Counted from the first letter of the stretch, positions 10,753 through 19,873 are shown. The stretch is DNA of 64,000 bases from an uncultured Chloroflexia bacterium (GCA_963700285.1 CAVOXA010000010.1:1088001-1152000); one strand, 5' to 3'. Translations and numbers: made by a program. Notes: generated by a model from the letters alone, not told the origin.

Positions 10753-11712
10753 CTAGCTCTCTTTGGCGAGCAGCATCTCAGCGGTCAATTGATCGGTTAC
10801 CAACACATCGAGGATTTCGCCGCGCAGCGCTGCCCGGATCATTTCGTACTTGGCCGTGCCTCCAGCAATGCCGATCACACGGGGGATCTGGCGTATCTGC
10901 TCAATCGTCAGCCCGATAATCCGCTCATCGATCTCGAGGCCAAGGGGATTTCCATCCCTATCGAGGTAGCGGAGGGCGATGTCACCGACGGCCCCTAACT
11001 CCTGCAGGCGTTCGAGATCCTGCCTACTTAGAATGGTACCTGTACGCAGGACGATAGAATAAGGCGTGGGTGCACCAAGGCCCACGAGCGCAACGTCGGC
11101 TCCTGCCGCTAAATCGAGTACAGCAGAGATTTGAGCATCGGACTTGAGCGCCTCAGCCATTTGCTGCGAAGCCACGATCCCCGGCGCCGGCAACAACCGC
11201 AACCTGGCCCCCAGCTTCCGGGCGAGGTGTTGGGTAAGCTCTGCCGAGTGTTCCAGGGTATCCACTGGTCCCAGACCGCCCAAGAGCTGCACGACAGTGA
11301 CCCCGGGCCAGGATCGGTAGGGGAGGGCATCCGCCATGGCCAGGATTGAAGTCCCCCAGGCTGTGGCAATCACCTCATTGCCCGAGATGCAGCAGTTCAG
11401 GCACTCGGCCGCCGCGGGTCCGAGCTCTCGTACCACAGTTGGATGGTGTGCCGGATCGCTAACAGGCACTACCACCACCTCTTGTAAACCAAATCGGCGT
11501 TCCAGTCTGTGCTCTAGGTCGGCCATGCCATTGGGCGGGGGGAGAAGGGAGATGCTGATGATGCCGTTATCACGGCCGCTCTGAAGCATTCGGGAGACCT
11601 TGGGCCGGGACAAGCCAAAACGACTGGCGATCTGCTTTTGAGTCAGACCGTCAACATAGTAGGATTGGGCAATCCGATACAGCAACCGGTGCTGCTCGCT
11701 GCTTATCGCCAC
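10753..11712 (-). CDS. SorC/DeoR-family sugar-binding transcriptional regulator
   Basis: IAQSYYVDGLTQKQIASRFGLSRPKVSRML HTH; AWGTS, GAVGDI, IGIAGG..K..IRAALRG..DVLVTD. GTG 11712 after GGAG preferred over ATG 11751. Confidence 0.92.
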   Translation of the reverse strand: MAISSEQHRLLYRIAQSYYVDGLTQKQIASRFGLSRPKVSRMLQSGRDNGIISISLLPPPNGMADLEHRLERRFGLQEVVVVPVSDPAHHPTVVRELGPAAAECLNCCISGNEVIATAWGTSILAMADALPYRSWPGVTVVQLLGGLGPVDTLEHSAELTQHLARKLGARLRLLPAPGIVASQQMAEALKSDAQISAVLDLAAGADVALVGLGAPTPYSIVLRTGTILSRQDLERLQELGAVGDIALRYLDRDGNPLGLEIDERIIGLTIEQIRQIPRVIGIAGGTAKYEMIRAALRGEILDVLVTDQLTAEMLLAKES

Positions 11713-11726
11713 ATCATCTCCCAGAG

Positions 11727-11758
11727 TGACCAAGCGTTCAGCCCTGAACATATGCTCA
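11727..11758. promoter_or_regulatory. Two 14-bp imperfect palindromes, putative SorC-family operator
   Basis: TGACCAAGCGTTCA (11727-11740) and TGAACATATGCTCA (11745-11758), just downstream of the minus-strand -10 box. Confidence 0.6.
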
Positions 11759-11760
11759 GC

Positions 11761-11789
11761 AGTATATCACAACCTTTCTGGTCTGTCAA
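11761..11789 (-). promoter_or_regulatory. Sigma70-type promoter of the sugar/corrinoid operon
   Basis: TTGACA-17 bp-TATACT with extended TG on the minus strand. Confidence 0.75.
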
Positions 11790-12099
11790 GCCGGTGGCGA
11801 CAAAATTCTAGCCAACAGCCCGGGCCAGCAGTATACCCAGCCGCTTCCCGGACGAAGCCTGACAGAAGGTCATCGGGTCATATCTCACCGCAGGTGCCGT
11901 TCAGAATCCAGAACCAGCTCTTGGGGCTCCAACCCTGCCGAGTATTCGGTGACTGCTTGCCGGTTCGCGCCTTTTAGAGTACAATACGCTTTGACAGAGC
12001 AAAGCAGTCAACTGATGGTACACGCCACGATAGGAGACTGTACAAGCTGTAGATGATAGAACGCGGCTGCCTTCTTGAGACCTACGGAGGTGCACGAAA

Positions 12100-13444
12100 A
12101 TGCTAATCACCCGCGGCACACTGGCCACCATGGGGGCACCCAACCAGGTCATTCCCAACGGTGCCCTGTACATCGAGAATGAGCGCATCGCCGATCTAGG
12201 GACCAGCGCCGAACTGGAGGCCCGCTACCCCAGCGCCCAGCGCCTGGATGCCAGTGGCCGCCTGGTTCTACCCGGACTCATCTGCGCCCACACCCATTTC
12301 TACGGCGCCTTTGCCCGGGGCATGGCCCTCCCTGGCGATCCACCCGCCAACTTTACCGAAATCCTGGAAAAGCTGTGGTGGCGGCTGGACAAGGCGCTGT
12401 GGCCCGATGACGTGCACTACAGCGCCCTGGTTGGGCTGGTGGATGCCATCCGCCACGGCACCACCACCCTTATCGACCACCATGCCAGCCAGCGCCACAT
12501 TGCCGGCAGCCTGGACCAGATCGCTTCGGCGGTAGATCAGGCCGGGGTACGGGCCTGCCTCTGCTACGAGGTCACCGATCGCGATGGCCGGGCGGGGACG
12601 TTGGCCGGCATCCAGGAGAACAGCCGCTTCATCCGGCACGTGCGGGAGCAGCGGCACGAAGATCGACCGCCTTGCCGCGACCTTTGGTCTCCACGCCTCG
12701 CTGACCCTCTCCGATGAGACGCTGAAGGCCTGCGTAGATCTCGCAGGGCAGTTGGGTATTGGCTTCCACCTCCACGTGGCCGAGGACAAGGCCGATGTGC
12801 GGGACAGCCTGCGCAAGAGCGGCCTGCGGGTGGTGGAGCGCCTGCAGGAGTTCGGGGTGTTGGGGCCTTCCACGCTGGCCGCCCACTGCGTCCACGTTGA
12901 CCGCATCGAGACCGAGATCCTGCTCGATAGCGGCACGATGGTCGTCCACAACCCCCGCTCTAACATGAACAATGCCGTAGGCACCGCCGATCTACCCTGG
13001 ATGCTGCACATTGGCATCCCCGTGGGCTTGGGCAACGACGGCTTTTCCAACAACATGTTCACCGAGATGGCCACGGCCTACCTGGTCCACAAGCAGGCCA
13101 CAGGCGATCCGCGTACATTGCCCGCTGACCAGGTGATCCAGATGGCCTGGGAGAACAACGCCCGGATCGCCCAGGCCTACTTTCCGGCCCTGGGTCCGCA
13201 GTTTGGCCAGTTGGCCAAGGGCGCCCCAGCCGACGTCATCGTGGTGGACTATGATCCACCCACGCCACTCACGAGCGACAACCTGCCCTGGCACATCATC
13301 TTTGGCATCGACGGCACCGGTGTGGACACGACCATCGTCGCCGGACAGGTATTGATGCGCGATCGGAAGCTTCTAACGCTGGATGAGACAGCGATAATGG
13401 CCCGCGCCCGTGAGCTGGCGGGCAAACTCTGGCAAAGAGTCTGA
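12100..13444 (+). CDS. ssnA: SsnA-like amidohydrolase (frameshift near 12655)
   Basis: PGLICAHTHFYGAFARG, LWWRLDKAL, GTTTLIDHHAS, FGLHASLTLS, HVAED, HNPRSNMNNAVG, GLGNDG. Confidence 0.82.
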
Positions 13445-13541
13445 GTCTATCCCAAAATCCGCTCAAAGCTCCCCGTCTCGAGGGCACGTCGGCTCTGAGA
13501 CAAGGACCCAAGTGGGTTCAGAGAGTTAGCAAGGGGACAAT

Positions 13542-14132
13542 GTGACAAAGCAGCAAGAACCGATCATCGTCCACAAGAATCGCAAGCGCGCCCTCTGGTC
13601 GCTGGCCATTGTCATCTTTATGGTACCTGTCAGCGTCTTGCTCGTACTACTTGGACTGCAGCCCGGCCGGCCGGAGGTGGCCTGGGCACTGGTACTTTTT
13701 GGCGCAATCGGCGTCGTGGCCTTTGTCGGGAGCGCGATACGAATCATCCATACCATGCGCTCGCCCTGGTACCTGGAACTTGGGCCCCAGTACCTCAGTC
13801 TCTACACCCCCACCTACGATCTTGACATCCCCTGGGACCGCATCGCGGGCATCGCCGTAGATGAAGTGAACCGAAAACCGGGTTGCATCTTGATCCTGGA
13901 GGACCCGGCTACAGTGGCCCAGGGCGCGACCTTTCACCCTGGCAGCAAACGTCACGACGCGGTCACCGACGCGACCACGATGCAGGCGCGCATGGAGGAG
14001 GCTTTTGACAGCAATGGATACCACCTGGCCTTCCCTGGACGGATCCTGGAGCTGAGCCCTGACGAGCTGGCCGAGTTGCTGGCCAAAGCCAGAAAAGGAG
14101 AACTCTGGCAGGAAGAGGAGAGACAGCCATGA
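13542..14132 (+). CDS. Hypothetical membrane protein (2 TM helices plus soluble, possibly PH-like, domain)
   Basis: 196-aa ORF, RBS AGGGGA, two hydrophobic helices, IPWDRI motif; stop overlaps the next start (ATGA). Confidence 0.7.
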   Translation: MTKQQEPIIVHKNRKRALWSLAIVIFMVPVSVLLVLLGLQPGRPEVAWALVLFGAIGVVAFVGSAIRIIHTMRSPWYLELGPQYLSLYTPTYDLDIPWDRIAGIAVDEVNRKPGCILILEDPATVAQGATFHPGSKRHDAVTDATTMQARMEEAFDSNGYHLAFPGRILELSPDELAELLAKARKGELWQEEERQP

Positions 14133-14431
14133 GAGATTTTTGGTCACGGCTGAACGGACCGCTCAAGATCGGACTGGTGATCGGCCTGCTGGGAGCCCTG
14201 CTGACGATCATTGGACTCGTCCAGGGCAACTTTGCACCCTTGACGCTCCGCACCTTGCTGCTGGGCATCCTCCTGGGCGGCGGGTCGTGGGGGCTGGTGA
14301 GCTGGGCCATCGCATCCGCAGCAGTGGATGTGACCGGATCCGCAGCGGTAGGTACGACCGATCCAGCAGCCGTCGATCCAGGTACGGCTACGGCAGATAC
14401 AACGCCCGCAACAGACGAGGAAGCCGGCTAG
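14129..14431 (+). CDS. Small hypothetical membrane protein with low-complexity tail
   Basis: RBS GAGGAG, two TM segments, acidic Ala/Thr/Asp C-terminus. Confidence 0.7.
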   Translation: MRDFWSRLNGPLKIGLVIGLLGALLTIIGLVQGNFAPLTLRTLLLGILLGGGSWGLVSWAIASAAVDVTGSAAVGTTDPAAVDPGTATADTTPATDEEAG

Positions 14432-14516
14432 ATACCAGCATCCCAAAGCCTTTGGACGAAACGATGACTTCTCCCATGATCCCAGGAACCTTTACAACCT
14501 AGGTCACCCCTGATCC

Positions 14517-14570
14517 TCCACAATCTCTGTCACGTACATCCATAATCTCTCCACATTTGGTTGGTACCCT
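14517..14570 (+). promoter_or_regulatory. Direct repeats (OmpR-family binding-site-like) followed by a possible -10 element
   Basis: TCCACAATCTC at 14517, TCCATAATCTC at 14539, TCCACATTT at 14550 (22 and 11 bp spacing); TGGTACCCT at 14562. Confidence 0.5.
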
Positions 14571-14602
14571 ATGGGCGAAAACCAAAACAGATGGAGGTTG
14601 AA

Positions 14603-15127
14603 ATGGACGAACGTTTCAGAGGTAAAGGTCTTTTGATTGGCCTGGGGGCAATGGCTATCGTTTTCCTGTGCATCCTGCTCTGTGGGATGGGGGCCATGTT
14701 TGCCGGCCCCCGCAGCCAGGTCTACGTACAGCCCCCGGTGGCTCAAGAGAGCAGTGCTCCACCGCCACCACCAGCCTTGTACGGGCACGGGCCCGCTGGC
14801 GTGGGTCGCTACGGCGTTGCAGGCCCCTTGGGCTTCATCTTTGGCGCCATCGGCGCCCTTTTCAAGCTTGCCTTCCTGGGTCTGCTCCTGCTTCTGGGTC
14901 TCGGTCTGGTGAAACGGTTCTTTTTTGGACACCGCTGCTGGGGACCACCGCCTGGCTGGAAACCGCCGGAGGCTCAGGAGGGTGAAGGAAAGGCCTACGC
15001 AGCCTGGGGGCCGAGGGCCTGGCACCGCTATCACCGGCACTGGGGACCGCCCCCCTGGTGGGAGGCGCCATCCGAGCCAGATGCCGAGGGCGACGAGCCC
15101 GGCGAGCAGTACAGGGTTGAGGAATAA
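14603..15127 (+). CDS. Hypothetical membrane protein with Pro-rich loop and His/Trp-rich C-terminus
   Basis: RBS GGAGG before ATG 14603; two hydrophobic stretches; WHRYHRHWGPPPWWE. Confidence 0.75.
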   Translation: MDERFRGKGLLIGLGAMAIVFLCILLCGMGAMFAGPRSQVYVQPPVAQESSAPPPPPALYGHGPAGVGRYGVAGPLGFIFGAIGALFKLAFLGLLLLLGLGLVKRFFFGHRCWGPPPGWKPPEAQEGEGKAYAAWGPRAWHRYHRHWGPPPWWEAPSEPDAEGDEPGEQYRVEE

Positions 15128-15156
15128 GCCAGGAACCATTCCCCTTAGGGGAGGCA

Positions 15157-15196
15157 GGCTCCGGTGGGGCCGGACGCCGGCTCCACCGCGAGCCCC
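15157..15196 (+). other. GC-rich intergenic stem-loop
   Basis: GGCTCCGGTGGGGCCGG-ACG-CCGGCTCCACCGCGAGCC; no U-tract. Confidence 0.5.
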
Positions 15197-15209
15197 AGAG
15201 GGAGGTCAC

Positions 15210-15464
15210 ATGCCACGCCACGATGGGCTCAGCCAGCAGACAGAAGGACCAGTCGATTGGCCGGGGGTCTTGGATGAATACGAGGTCCGATTCCTGGCCC
15301 TGGATATCGATGCAGATGGCGAACTGTTGCAGCTTTTTCAGTCTCACCCCGAGTGGACCCTGGATACCGAGGATGGGGGGGCAGTGCTGATGGCCCACAG
15401 TCACGCTGCCCATCACGACCATAACCAGGCGGGGCAATACGGCACCGCCCGGCTTGCAGCATAG
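15210..15464 (+). CDS. Small hypothetical protein (84 aa)
   Basis: RBS GGAGGT; DW..VLDEYEVRF...HPEW pattern; His-rich end. Confidence 0.6.
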   Translation: MPRHDGLSQQTEGPVDWPGVLDEYEVRFLALDIDADGELLQLFQSHPEWTLDTEDGGAVLMAHSHAAHHDHNQAGQYGTARLAA

Positions 15465-15492
15465 TTTTGTACCCGATTAGGTGTCTTGCAGA

Positions 15493-16035
15493 ATGAATGA
15501 CAATAAACCCTACACAAACCTGGCCTTTCGCGGTATGGCTTTCTGGTTAAAGCTGCGGGAAATCTTGTGCGATCTGCAACAGCGGCTGGTAAAAGCTGGA
15601 CTGGAAAAGGGACAGATCGTCCTGGACTATGGCTGTGGGATCGGAAGCTATACCATTCCCGCGGCCCAGATCGTGGGAGACGCGGGAACGGTGTATGCTC
15701 TGGACATGCACCCCCTGGCCATCGAAACGGTGCAGCGCCGGGCGAGAAAAGAGAACTTGTCCAACGTCAAGACCATTCACTCCGACCTGGACACCGGTCT
15801 GGCCGCCCAGAGCGTAGACGTCGTACTCCTGTACGACGTGTTCCACATGGTGCCCGACCAACCGGCATTGCTGCGGGAACTGCACCGGGTGTTAAAGCCT
15901 GGTGGACGGCTTTCGGTCCTGCCGGATCACATGACCGGCGATGAACTTCTTTCGACCATGAACCGTGGAAATCTTTTCGGCCTGCAGGCAGAACACGGAA
16001 CAGTACTAGAGTTCACGAGCGTACAGGGGCTCTAG
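15493..16035 (+). CDS. Class I SAM-dependent methyltransferase
   Basis: VLDYGCGIG, VYALD, SVDVV, LRELHRVLKPGG. Confidence 0.9.
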   Translation: MNDNKPYTNLAFRGMAFWLKLREILCDLQQRLVKAGLEKGQIVLDYGCGIGSYTIPAAQIVGDAGTVYALDMHPLAIETVQRRARKENLSNVKTIHSDLDTGLAAQSVDVVLLYDVFHMVPDQPALLRELHRVLKPGGRLSVLPDHMTGDELLSTMNRGNLFGLQAEHGTVLEFTSVQGL

Positions 16036-16044
16036 AGACAAGCG

Positions 16045-16728
16045 ATGGCCCAGACCATCCTCGTAGTGGATGACGAGGCCCGCATCGTCAAGCTGGTACG
16101 CGACTATTTGGAGCGCGCCGGCTTTGGTGTGCTGGCCGCCCACGATGGCGAGATGGCGCTCCAGGTCGCCCGCAGGGACCAGCCCGATCTCATCGTCCTC
16201 GACCTGATGCTGCCCGGCGTGGATGGCCTGGACGTCTGCCGCCGCCTGCGCCAGGAGAGCGGTGTGCCCATCATTATGCTCACCGCCCGCGTGGAGGAAG
16301 CCGACCGCATCGTGGGCCTGGAGCTGGGAGCGGATGATTATGTCACTAAACCCTTCAGCCCCCGGGAACTGGTCGCTCGCGTCCGGGCTACGCTACGACG
16401 CGCCAGCGGCGAAGTGGGGCCGGCTACTGTCCTCCGCGCCGGCGAAGTGGAATTGGACACCGCCGCTCTGACGGCAACAGTCGCCGGCCAGCCGGTGGAA
16501 CTAACCCCCACCGAGTTCTATCTCCTGGCCACCCTGGCCCGCCAGCCAGGGCGCATATTCAGCCGGGAGCAACTGCTGGAAGCGGTCCACGGTGTGGCCT
16601 TTGACGGCTATGACCGGAGCATCGATTCCCACGTCAAGAACCTGCGGCGCAAGATCGAGCCCGATCCCCGCCAGCCCCACTACATCCAGACCGTCTACGG
16701 CGTGGGCTATCGTTTCATGGACCACTGA
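16045..16728 (+). CDS. OmpR/PhoB-family response regulator
   Basis: ILVVDDE, LDLMLPG, GADDYVTKPFSPREL, winged helix IQTVYGVGY. Confidence 0.96.
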   Translation: MAQTILVVDDEARIVKLVRDYLERAGFGVLAAHDGEMALQVARRDQPDLIVLDLMLPGVDGLDVCRRLRQESGVPIIMLTARVEEADRIVGLELGADDYVTKPFSPRELVARVRATLRRASGEVGPATVLRAGEVELDTAALTATVAGQPVELTPTEFYLLATLARQPGRIFSREQLLEAVHGVAFDGYDRSIDSHVKNLRRKIEPDPRQPHYIQTVYGVGYRFMDH

Positions 16729-16735
16729 GGCGACG

Positions 16736-17980
16736 ATGCGCAAGAAAAAGTACCGGCACCGACACCATCCGCCCTGGTGGGATGAGGACCATAGGAAAGG
16801 ATGGGCGGAGGGACACTCCCACGCACCGGCCTGGTGGGACATGGAACATTGGCAGGAAGGGAAAGATGGACCGCCCCTGCCCCCCTGGGCGAAACACAGA
16901 TGGAACAATCGTGAATGGCGTCACGGAGACAAAGCCCTCTTTGCTCGCTTTGCCATCGCCTTTGGCCTCTTGGTGTTGCTGGGCTGCGGCGCGTTGCTGG
17001 CTTTCGTCGCAGGGCTTATGTTTCTGGTGCGCCAGCCGCCTGGTGCCGACCCCCGCCCCTTTCGTCTCGTGCTCCTGCTGGTGGGTGCCTTTTTCCTTTT
17101 TGTCATTGCCTTTCGCCTGGTGGGCCGCTTTGTGGCCAAACGGATGACTGGGCCGCTAAATGAGACGATGCAGGCTGCGGACGCCATCGCCGGTGGAGAT
17201 CTGTCGGCCCGGGTATCGGCAGAAACCAGCGGCGAGTTCCATCGCTTCACTCGCTCCTTCAACCGCATGGCCAACGCCCTGGAGACCGCCGATCGGCAGC
17301 GGCGTGAGCTGCTGGCCGACGTGGCCCACGAGCTGCGTACGCCGCTGACCATCATCCGGGGCAACTTGGAGGGCCTGCGGGACGGCGTTTATGAGCTTAC
17401 ACCAGAACACCTGGAACTGGTGCTCGACGAGACGGACAAACTCAGCCGCCTGGTGGAGGATCTGCGCCTCCTGACCCTGGCAGAGGCTGGCCAGCTCGTC
17501 CTGGATGCACAGTCACTGGACGTGCTGCAACTTCTGGCTGACGTGCGCGAAGCTTTTGCCTGCCAAGCAGGCGAGGCAGGGGTGACCCTGTGCACCCATA
17601 CTCCAGACTCGCTGCCATCTCTGGTGGCCGACCCCCAGCGCCTGGGGCAGGTACTGGGCAACCTGGTGGGCAACGCCCTGCGGCACACACCTGCCGGCGG
17701 GCAGATCACCCTCGGAGCAGAACTGGCAACCGCGGATGCAGTGCGGCTATGGGTAGCCGACACCGGGGCGGGCATCCTTCCAGAGGACATGCCTCGTATC
17801 TTTGACCGCTTCTGGCGCGGTGATCCGGCACGTAGCCACGAAACGGGCGAGGGCATGGGCCTGGGCTTGGCCATTGCCAAGGGGTTGGTCGAAGCTCATG
17901 GTGGCCGGATCTGGGCTGAGAGCGAGGTAGGACAGGGGACATCCATCTCCTGCATGCTGCCCCTGCAAGGTCACGCCTAG
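16736..17980 (+). CDS. HAMP-domain sensor histidine kinase (BaeS-like)
   Basis: 2 TM helices, HAMP FNRMA, HELRTPL, NLVGNALRH, DTGAGI, GMGLGLAI; His/Trp-rich N-terminal tail. Confidence 0.95.
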   Translation: MRKKKYRHRHHPPWWDEDHRKGWAEGHSHAPAWWDMEHWQEGKDGPPLPPWAKHRWNNREWRHGDKALFARFAIAFGLLVLLGCGALLAFVAGLMFLVRQPPGADPRPFRLVLLLVGAFFLFVIAFRLVGRFVAKRMTGPLNETMQAADAIAGGDLSARVSAETSGEFHRFTRSFNRMANALETADRQRRELLADVAHELRTPLTIIRGNLEGLRDGVYELTPEHLELVLDETDKLSRLVEDLRLLTLAEAGQLVLDAQSLDVLQLLADVREAFACQAGEAGVTLCTHTPDSLPSLVADPQRLGQVLGNLVGNALRHTPAGGQITLGAELATADAVRLWVADTGAGILPEDMPRIFDRFWRGDPARSHETGEGMGLGLAIAKGLVEAHGGRIWAESEVGQGTSISCMLPLQGHA

Positions 17981-18020
17981 ACAGATCTCACGCCTCGCCC
18001 GTCGTCCCTCTGCCCTGTGT

Positions 18021-18048
18021 TTGACTTTTCCCCAGTTCATGTTATAAT
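18021..18048 (+). promoter_or_regulatory. Sigma70-type promoter
   Basis: TTGACT-16 bp-TATAAT with extended TG. Confidence 0.65.
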
Positions 18049-18251
18049 CCCCTTCGTATTTGACCAGGGGAATTGATTCACTTTGCTTCTGGTTCATTTT
18101 GGTGGCTTCAACGGCACGAGCGTTTCAGGATCTCCCGTACAAACAGCCTGCCAGGGAGAAACCACCCTTTTCTTGCCGGCACCATAGCCTTACCGATCTT
18201 GGGCGAAAGGATGGTAGACACAAGCGTATGGGCTCTGTGCAGGAGAGAACC

Positions 18252-19481
18252 ATGAGGCGAGGGTGCTGTTTGCTGGCGCTGTTCGCTCTGATAGTGCTCT
18301 TGGGTGGTAGCTGGGGAGTGGCCCAAGCCGAACCACCAGCTCCCCTAACGCCGCCCAACCCAGTTTTGCCTCTACAGCAATCTGCCATTGTGGCAGACGC
18401 TGTCCCAGCCTCCCCAGTACAAGTTCTGGGCCTTCCGCCTCTGAAGGCCGTTCTGGTCGTGGGTCCCCTTGATGAGAATGGCCCTCAAACGAGCCAGCAA
18501 AAGGTCAACATGGATACGGCCGCCTATGAGCTTGAAGCTCATGGCGTGACCGTTCATAGGTTCTACTCACCCAGCAACGACTGGGACCAGATCAGGGCAG
18601 CGGCTCGCGGAGCGCACTTTTTCCTGTACCGGGGCCACGGAGTCTATCAACCTCCCATGCCCAATCCAGATGTGGGTGGCTTTGCCCTGCACGATAGCTT
18701 CATACTGCCGGATACCATGCGAAGTGACTTGGAGCTTGCTCCAGGCGCCATCGTGATGCTGTACGGTTGCTTCACTGCAGGCACATCTGCTCTTGATGAA
18801 GGTGGAATCAGTAGCCAGGAAGCCACGCGCCGTGTCAGCCAGTATTCCGCTCCCTTCATCGATGTGGGTGCTGCAGGTTACTATGCCAATTGGTTCGATG
18901 ACGCTTTCCAGCAGCTCGTACGCTATCTCTTCCAGGGCATGACACTAGGGCAAGCCTACGAGTCCTTCTATGATTTTACCCAGGCCACGGTCGAGCGACA
19001 TCCCTACCCCGATCATCCAGAATTGAGCATGTGGCTGGACAAGGACCTCTGGTGGGAAGCCTGGCAGTACAACTATGCCTTTGTTGGCCAGCCCGACCAA
19101 ACGTTGCAGAGTCTGTTTGGACTACCAGAGATGGAGGTAAAGCCAGCGGAGATCGTACACATGGCGGAGCCTGGATCATCACCTCAGACCTTCAAACTAA
19201 AAGTCGGCAACACGGGCCCGGGGGAATTTTCCTGGACAGCCATGCTGACACCCACAACTCGGTGGCTAGACGTGCAAACCTTGAACGGCACCAGCGGACA
19301 GGATCTGAGCGTCGTCGTCGATCCTGCCAAGAAAAAGCCGGGTACCTATCAGATCGAACTCCGCATTGTCGCCGATGATCCCAACATTAGGAATAGGGAC
19401 CAAACCGTCTCAATCACTCTGCATGTCAAGAAAGACCTGCACAGCACCTACCTTCCCACGATCCGTAGATCAGCCCCGTAG
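18252..19481 (+). CDS. Secreted protein: caspase/gingipain-like catalytic fold plus BACON-like domain and C-terminal YLPTIRR tail
   Basis: Signal peptide MRRGCCLLALF...AQA; FLYRGHG and MLYGCFTAG; VGNTG..FSWTA..WLDV..GTY beta-sandwich. RBS AGGAG. Confidence 0.7.
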   Translation: MRRGCCLLALFALIVLLGGSWGVAQAEPPAPLTPPNPVLPLQQSAIVADAVPASPVQVLGLPPLKAVLVVGPLDENGPQTSQQKVNMDTAAYELEAHGVTVHRFYSPSNDWDQIRAAARGAHFFLYRGHGVYQPPMPNPDVGGFALHDSFILPDTMRSDLELAPGAIVMLYGCFTAGTSALDEGGISSQEATRRVSQYSAPFIDVGAAGYYANWFDDAFQQLVRYLFQGMTLGQAYESFYDFTQATVERHPYPDHPELSMWLDKDLWWEAWQYNYAFVGQPDQTLQSLFGLPEMEVKPAEIVHMAEPGSSPQTFKLKVGNTGPGEFSWTAMLTPTTRWLDVQTLNGTSGQDLSVVVDPAKKKPGTYQIELRIVADDPNIRNRDQTVSITLHVKKDLHSTYLPTIRRSAP

Positions 19482-19607
19482 CAGCCAAGATACGCGGGAG
19501 TGCAAAGGGACCTCCATCTGGAGGTCCTTTTTGGTGTCACCTATCAAGAAACTAGCAGCCCCCGTTTCCGAGTGGGGGTTGGAGCACCTTCAGATAGGTA
19601 TCCGGCG

Positions 19608-19871
19608 CTACACTGTCAGGCGTCCAGCAGCCATCGAGCCCTTTTCCGTTAGCGACCAAAGCTTCCCCGGACCTGTGACCGAGCATCCACCCATCGAGCA
19701 ACCGGAACAGTGCCCACCACAGCCATCGTCCACAGCGCGCAGGTATCCAAGCCTCGCCAGATCCTCCAGCATCGCTTCCAGAAATGGCCGAGAGATACCC
19801 AATTGCTCTGTGAGATCCTCATAGCTGTGGATCCCACCGCTGGCCACGAGCTGCAACATTCGCTCCAGCAT
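19608..19871 (-). CDS. feoC: FeoC-like winged-helix Fe-S protein
   Basis: LEAMLEDLARLGYL plus CGGHCSGCSMGGC; directly follows feoB. Confidence 0.82.
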   Translation of the reverse strand: MLERMLQLVASGGIHSYEDLTEQLGISRPFLEAMLEDLARLGYLRAVDDGCGGHCSGCSMGGCSVTGPGKLWSLTEKGSMAAGRLTV

Positions 19872-19873
19872 GA

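Noticed and set aside
6361-12100. Cobalamin riboswitch for the B12-related genes
   Set aside because: No B12-box-like conserved elements were recognised in the intergenic regions; control appears to be via the SorC-type operator.
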